Program-made: the position numbers and the translations under genes
Notes under the pieces: generated by a model
The model's input: the letters and a program-made list of their open reading frames with translations, nothing else
Database searches by the model: none
What the model was told of the DNA's origin: nothing
In this document: one piece after another, positions 44,901-46,560 of the stretch
How positions within the stretch are numbered: the stretch's first letter is position 1
Layout of the letters: each line of letters begins with the position of its first letter
Source of the DNA: Bacteroidaceae bacterium
GTDB lineage: Bacteria; Bacteroidota; Bacteroidia; Bacteroidales; Bacteroidaceae
Direction: 5' to 3'
DNA: 46,560 bases
Assembly: GCA_963636255.1 (NCBI GenBank)
Contig: CAVHJI010000001.1
Span: forward strand, 1 to 46,560

Positions 44901-46560
44901 AGGCCGATGTCGTTCACGTGCAACTCGCTGATGGCCTTGCCGTCCGTACCCAGCGTGTGGTAGCCGTTGTCCATCGCGGTGGCCAGGTCGTAGCCCGTCA
45001 GCTGCTTCATGATGGGGCTGGCTCCCGTGGCATGGTACGCCAGGATCATGTGCACGTCCGGATTGTCCAGCGCCCACTTGATAAACTCTACCGACGGTGC
45101 CACCACCACGTTGCCAACATGTCCGCGGAAGGCGCGGTTGTGCGCATTTTCCATAGCTGTCTCCACGGGGAAGCTCTCCACGCTCCAGGCCGGTACCAGC
45201 TCGGCCGAGCCTTTTTCGAAGCGCCCGTCGCTCTCCGGCAGGGCGCCCTTGGCGATGAAGCCGGCATGGTCGCGGAGCCATTGGTCATACTCTGCCTTGC
45301 CCAGTCCGAGGGCCTCGCGGTGCCAGTCGCTGCCGCGCCACACGTCCACGATGAGGCTCTGGTTCATCTTCGCTCCCGTCCGGCCGAACATCTCCGGCAT
45401 GAACGGACGTTTCGTGTAGAGCTGCATCGGCGCACGTGCGCCCTGCAGCAAGAGGAACTGCGTGTAGTAGTCGAAGAACATGTTTGCACGCGCATCCTCA
45501 TAGCTGAACTGGCGCACGCCGCCGCGCTCGCGCATCTCCACCTGCGAGTAGAGCTTCAGGTAGATGTCACGCGGGATGCGGTCGATGCTGAACGGGGTGG
45601 TGTCGAGCAGCTGCTTGCCGCGGAACTGACCTTGGCTAAGGTATTCCACCACGCCCGTGTTGCCAAACTTGTCGTAGAAGGCTGTGAACGCGCTCGGCGA
45701 CATGAACCACTCGTAGCTCATGTTGCCGCGCAGCATGTCGCTACCCAGCATCAGTGTGGCAATCTTCTTGATGCTGTCGGCCTTGATGCCCTCGCCCGTC
45801 TTCGTGGCGTAGTTGGCCACACGGTCCAGCCCCTTGCCGGCAGCAAGCTCTTTGAGCACAGTTTCCTGTTCTGTGGTCAGTGCCGTAGGCTCGCCCATCA
45901 GCCTGTCATCGAGGCCGGCCGCCTCGCGCACGCTGTTCCATATCTGCTCGTCGCGCTTGCTCTGCTTCAGCACCTTTCGCTTCGCCTCCACATAGCACAT
46001 CACACACGGTGTGAGGAACCCGTGCTTCTGCAGGATCTTCTTCAGAGCCTCCACCTGCGTAACGCCCAGGTGACCGCCCTTGCCGGCTTCCACCAGTGCG
46101 TCCATCACGCTGTTCATCGCCTCCTTCTTGATACAGTTGAACGAATAGTCGATGCTGATATACTCTCCCGTGTCACGGACAAACGGACGTTTGCTTGCCT
46201 CGCTGTTCTGGAACAGGCCAAACCGCGGATATTTCTCCATGAATGCCTGCATGCCGTCGGCCACAGCGTCGGCCTGCGCGATCATCGCGTCCACATCGTC
46301 CGGGTCAAGCCCGGCATCGTTCACCAGTATCTCGCGCATCCGCTCCTTGTCGGTGTCCTTCCATGTCCGGTAGTTCATCTCCACGCTGCCGTCATCGTGC
46401 CGCACCACGGCCGGCTTGCCGTCCACGTCAAGTAAGGTCTTGCCAGCTTGGTTCCGTGCCCTGCCGCCCTCGGCAGGGTTCCTCTCGCCCATCGAGCCTA
46501 CGCCGTTCCCATACTTCCTCGGGTCCACGCCTTCCAGCAGGTCCTTCATCACCCTGTCGG
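38909..46560 (-). CDS. Giant polyvalent / ejection-type protein (5'-truncated, zincin-like motifs, LPD38-like C-terminus)
   Basis: At least 2547 aa, and the frame stays open to the window edge. HEHTH and HEVVGH motifs. The C-terminal ISIPLPVEY..PSSVKPFAEVLTNKGWTGMPIY resembles LPD38. Confidence 0.75.
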   Translation of the reverse strand, partial: DRVMKDLLEGVDPRKYGNGVGSMGERNPAEGGRARNQAGKTLLDVDGKPAVVRHDDGSVEMNYRTWKDTDKERMREILVNDAGLDPDDVDAMIAQADAVADGMQAFMEKYPRFGLFQNSEASKRPFVRDTGEYISIDYSFNCIKKEAMNSVMDALVEAGKGGHLGVTQVEALKKILQKHGFLTPCVMCYVEAKRKVLKQSKRDEQIWNSVREAAGLDDRLMGEPTALTTEQETVLKELAAGKGLDRVANYATKTGEGIKADSIKKIATLMLGSDMLRGNMSYEWFMSPSAFTAFYDKFGNTGVVEYLSQGQFRGKQLLDTTPFSIDRIPRDIYLKLYSQVEMRERGGVRQFSYEDARANMFFDYYTQFLLLQGARAPMQLYTKRPFMPEMFGRTGAKMNQSLIVDVWRGSDWHREALGLGKAEYDQWLRDHAGFIAKGALPESDGRFEKGSAELVPAWSVESFPVETAMENAHNRAFRGHVGNVVVAPSVEFIKWALDNPDVHMILAYHATGASPIMKQLTGYDLATAMDNGYHTLGTDGKAISELHVNDIGLHIVDKVLQFNSLVRKNGGDARQAAQVYLDYCRKNGLTPMFDYEGVTEHPDYYKMLTDFRMYDEDGKAVVQPPVKAKLPDNWHEILDRYLQEEQGISNRVSDIALDGEIMKEINAATKYTSIEAEERDTIVRMLGDIYGKDNVQVLPADAFDRQLDADTEQGRAQMLRDAGGMVYGYAVGDRMVLKDDVFNANTPMHEHTHIWMKVVETNNPRLYARGMELWKDTPMWEDVRRDLEALGEDATDRQIFSECISRFTGSENEEIISKVTGVTDKKWLEKAMNWLREMWNGVKSAFTRWTGKDLDNLTAEQFGRMPVRSLYDEAERKKYTEMVEALRDAGGFEMSAEMMHDRKEDDGIKFRLLEDDDPKARELEALKDNELVEVYRNVQAFEDDDLGSPMAFTDAVTGERRTLKGRRWNYSAPKEIKLTDEQQRRLDELNRNGYIMVDGKKVTELKLNDALKFVKPKEGEAKLQYFLKKNSEDGGLWADYNPYDHAVETPLNTQFASAYKRPNLVVVRCLIPKSELDEPYHADYAAKPTGAHLWNNGRTLYLSRWSKIDKVLTREEEAELIDKYWKANPQEREKTTHRDYSRFVPQVRRLLEEKGYRFELNDKMRKELEKKGYHFEPAGKELTPEESRRLDELVWEERDVIPGKEGQVPFVTNEDIARINAKMSGKWVGVPKAEMEEAMTARVTELSERLNTPVHIVRTDEEVAALPSVRQRRMKGSFNPMTGEVTIVVPNNANMADVENTFVHEVVGHSGLRVLFPEEEKLNNALDEMYRMSKDEIRQAIDSMAQKMYDAEVDRIREHKRREHEAKGENSNASYYADMAEAHVEAAGKREQMKRDATEEYAADLAGRIGEEGFEKMSAGEQTFWGKVKAVLQKALDALLKGLKIPGKRQWNDKDWAFVLHEAYKRKKNGGRPSIFDAADTEVMRRKTGYGEATPGKEAGRDAKPETSRHDDDDIMFRDGDDREYEKAMARGTYERRVSRGMYQTQEALQDSMLGLKEAMDAVLQAEGKGKKVRIEDVPGYENPYLGENRLSSVNQAEASEFNRKLFKPLLQEVSKLAKTAGERAELTDYMMAKHGLERNEVMARRAAEKQTMKELGAELRNAERALNDDPLDPLLQFAVDEVKQRMDDREEELYFENRAYDYSGLTALTKTDNVADAEDEARNMVQAYEGEHDTAELWAKTQAVTEGTLTKAYQSGMIDRETYNDIKGMYDNYIPLRGFDETTSDEVYAYLNDRKSGFSSPIKTAKGRKSKADDPFANMEAMAESAIMQGNRNVLVKQKMLNFALAHPSDLVSVSDLWLRYDDVKDEWMPMNTGDVAGTEALEPDDTPAEVEAKMETFEEAMRQLSAAEPDKFVRQKEHPNIPYRVVETSMEREHQVIVKRNGKDYVLTINGNPRAAQALNGQTNPDNDQSGALGKVMHWGEVLNRQLSAFYTTRNPDFVVSNFMRDAIYSNTMAWVKESPGYAWRFHKNFTKVNPAKMKMLFARLRNGELDMSDRTDKLFYQFMMNGGETGYSNLRDTEQRKNDIKRELKKNNGKLPLQKAWALLGERFDEYNRAVENCARFAAFVTSMEMKRSVERAVWDAKEISVNFNKKGSGAKFIDATGEKNSARVASFLSGAGRSLYVFWNAAIQGTWNFGKNASRNPKKALGGAAAMFLLGAVMAALGNDDDDDTRNSYYNLPEYVRRSNIVFRLPGMDEQWISIPLPVEYRVLYGLGELAASALGDKEHKTGGELAAGIAGQLSQALPIDFLEGGGGWNPFVPSSVKPFAEVLTNKGWTGMPIYSDNEWNKDMPEWTKAYQSANEQLVDASKLLNEATGGDRYTPGAIDINPAMVEYLLTGYFGGVANTINRMVKMGETVVGDREYDPKSFLIVNRLVKNGDERTESRALTNEYYRLRDEYQKTRSRLVNYENDTDDGVFDYADKIAKLNNSPEYRRMEIFEEYGSDIDAISKELKDETLPAEDRKALTEERTALMRELVERVNASRKQQ

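Larger units (their letters stand above)
1..46560. mobile_element. Temperate Bacteroidetes phage/prophage segment (podovirus-like, DGR-carrying)
   Basis: Integrase, repressor, excisionase, RecT, terminase, portal, capsid and lysis genes are present. Bacteroidetes -7 promoter elements (TAnnTTTG) precede operons. No host housekeeping genes seen. Confidence 0.95.

Noticed and set aside
1..46560. Second VR / additional DGR targets, tape measure protein, DNA polymerase, rRNA
   Set aside because: None found by eye in this window. A remote VR outside the window, or one missed without alignment tools, cannot be excluded.

Overview
The whole window is a segment of a temperate Bacteroidetes phage or prophage. 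Bacteroidetes TAnnTTTG promoters identify the host phylum, and the high GC suggests a Prevotella-like host. It is probably podovirus-like, since no tape-measure or tail-tube gene is seen. From left to right it carries: a tyrosine integrase; a repressor/Cro-like switch and excisionase; RecT/RecE-like recombination genes; an SNF2 helicase, HU, and a replication initiator plus ATPase; a tail nozzle-like gene and three paralogous adaptor/ring genes; a lysis cassette; a diversity-generating retroelement (DGR); a 2711-aa tail/receptor-binding protein that is the DGR target; capsid, scaffold, terminase and portal; and a 5'-truncated giant polyvalent protein. The clearest system is the DGR: RT 20490-21833, TR 22078-22191, VR 22382-22495. 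In the 114-bp ungapped TR/VR alignment, 17 of 18 mismatches fall at TR adenines. There is no avd gene, but an extra ~108-aa domain is fused to the RT C-terminus. Features not shown by the ORF track include a 13-bp box exactly 21 nt upstream of the -7 element at four structural/lysis promoters, a 55-aa mini-gene duplicating the capsid N-terminus, and a CotH-kinase-like domain inside the DGR-diversified tail protein. All product calls come from reading motifs by eye, without database searches.
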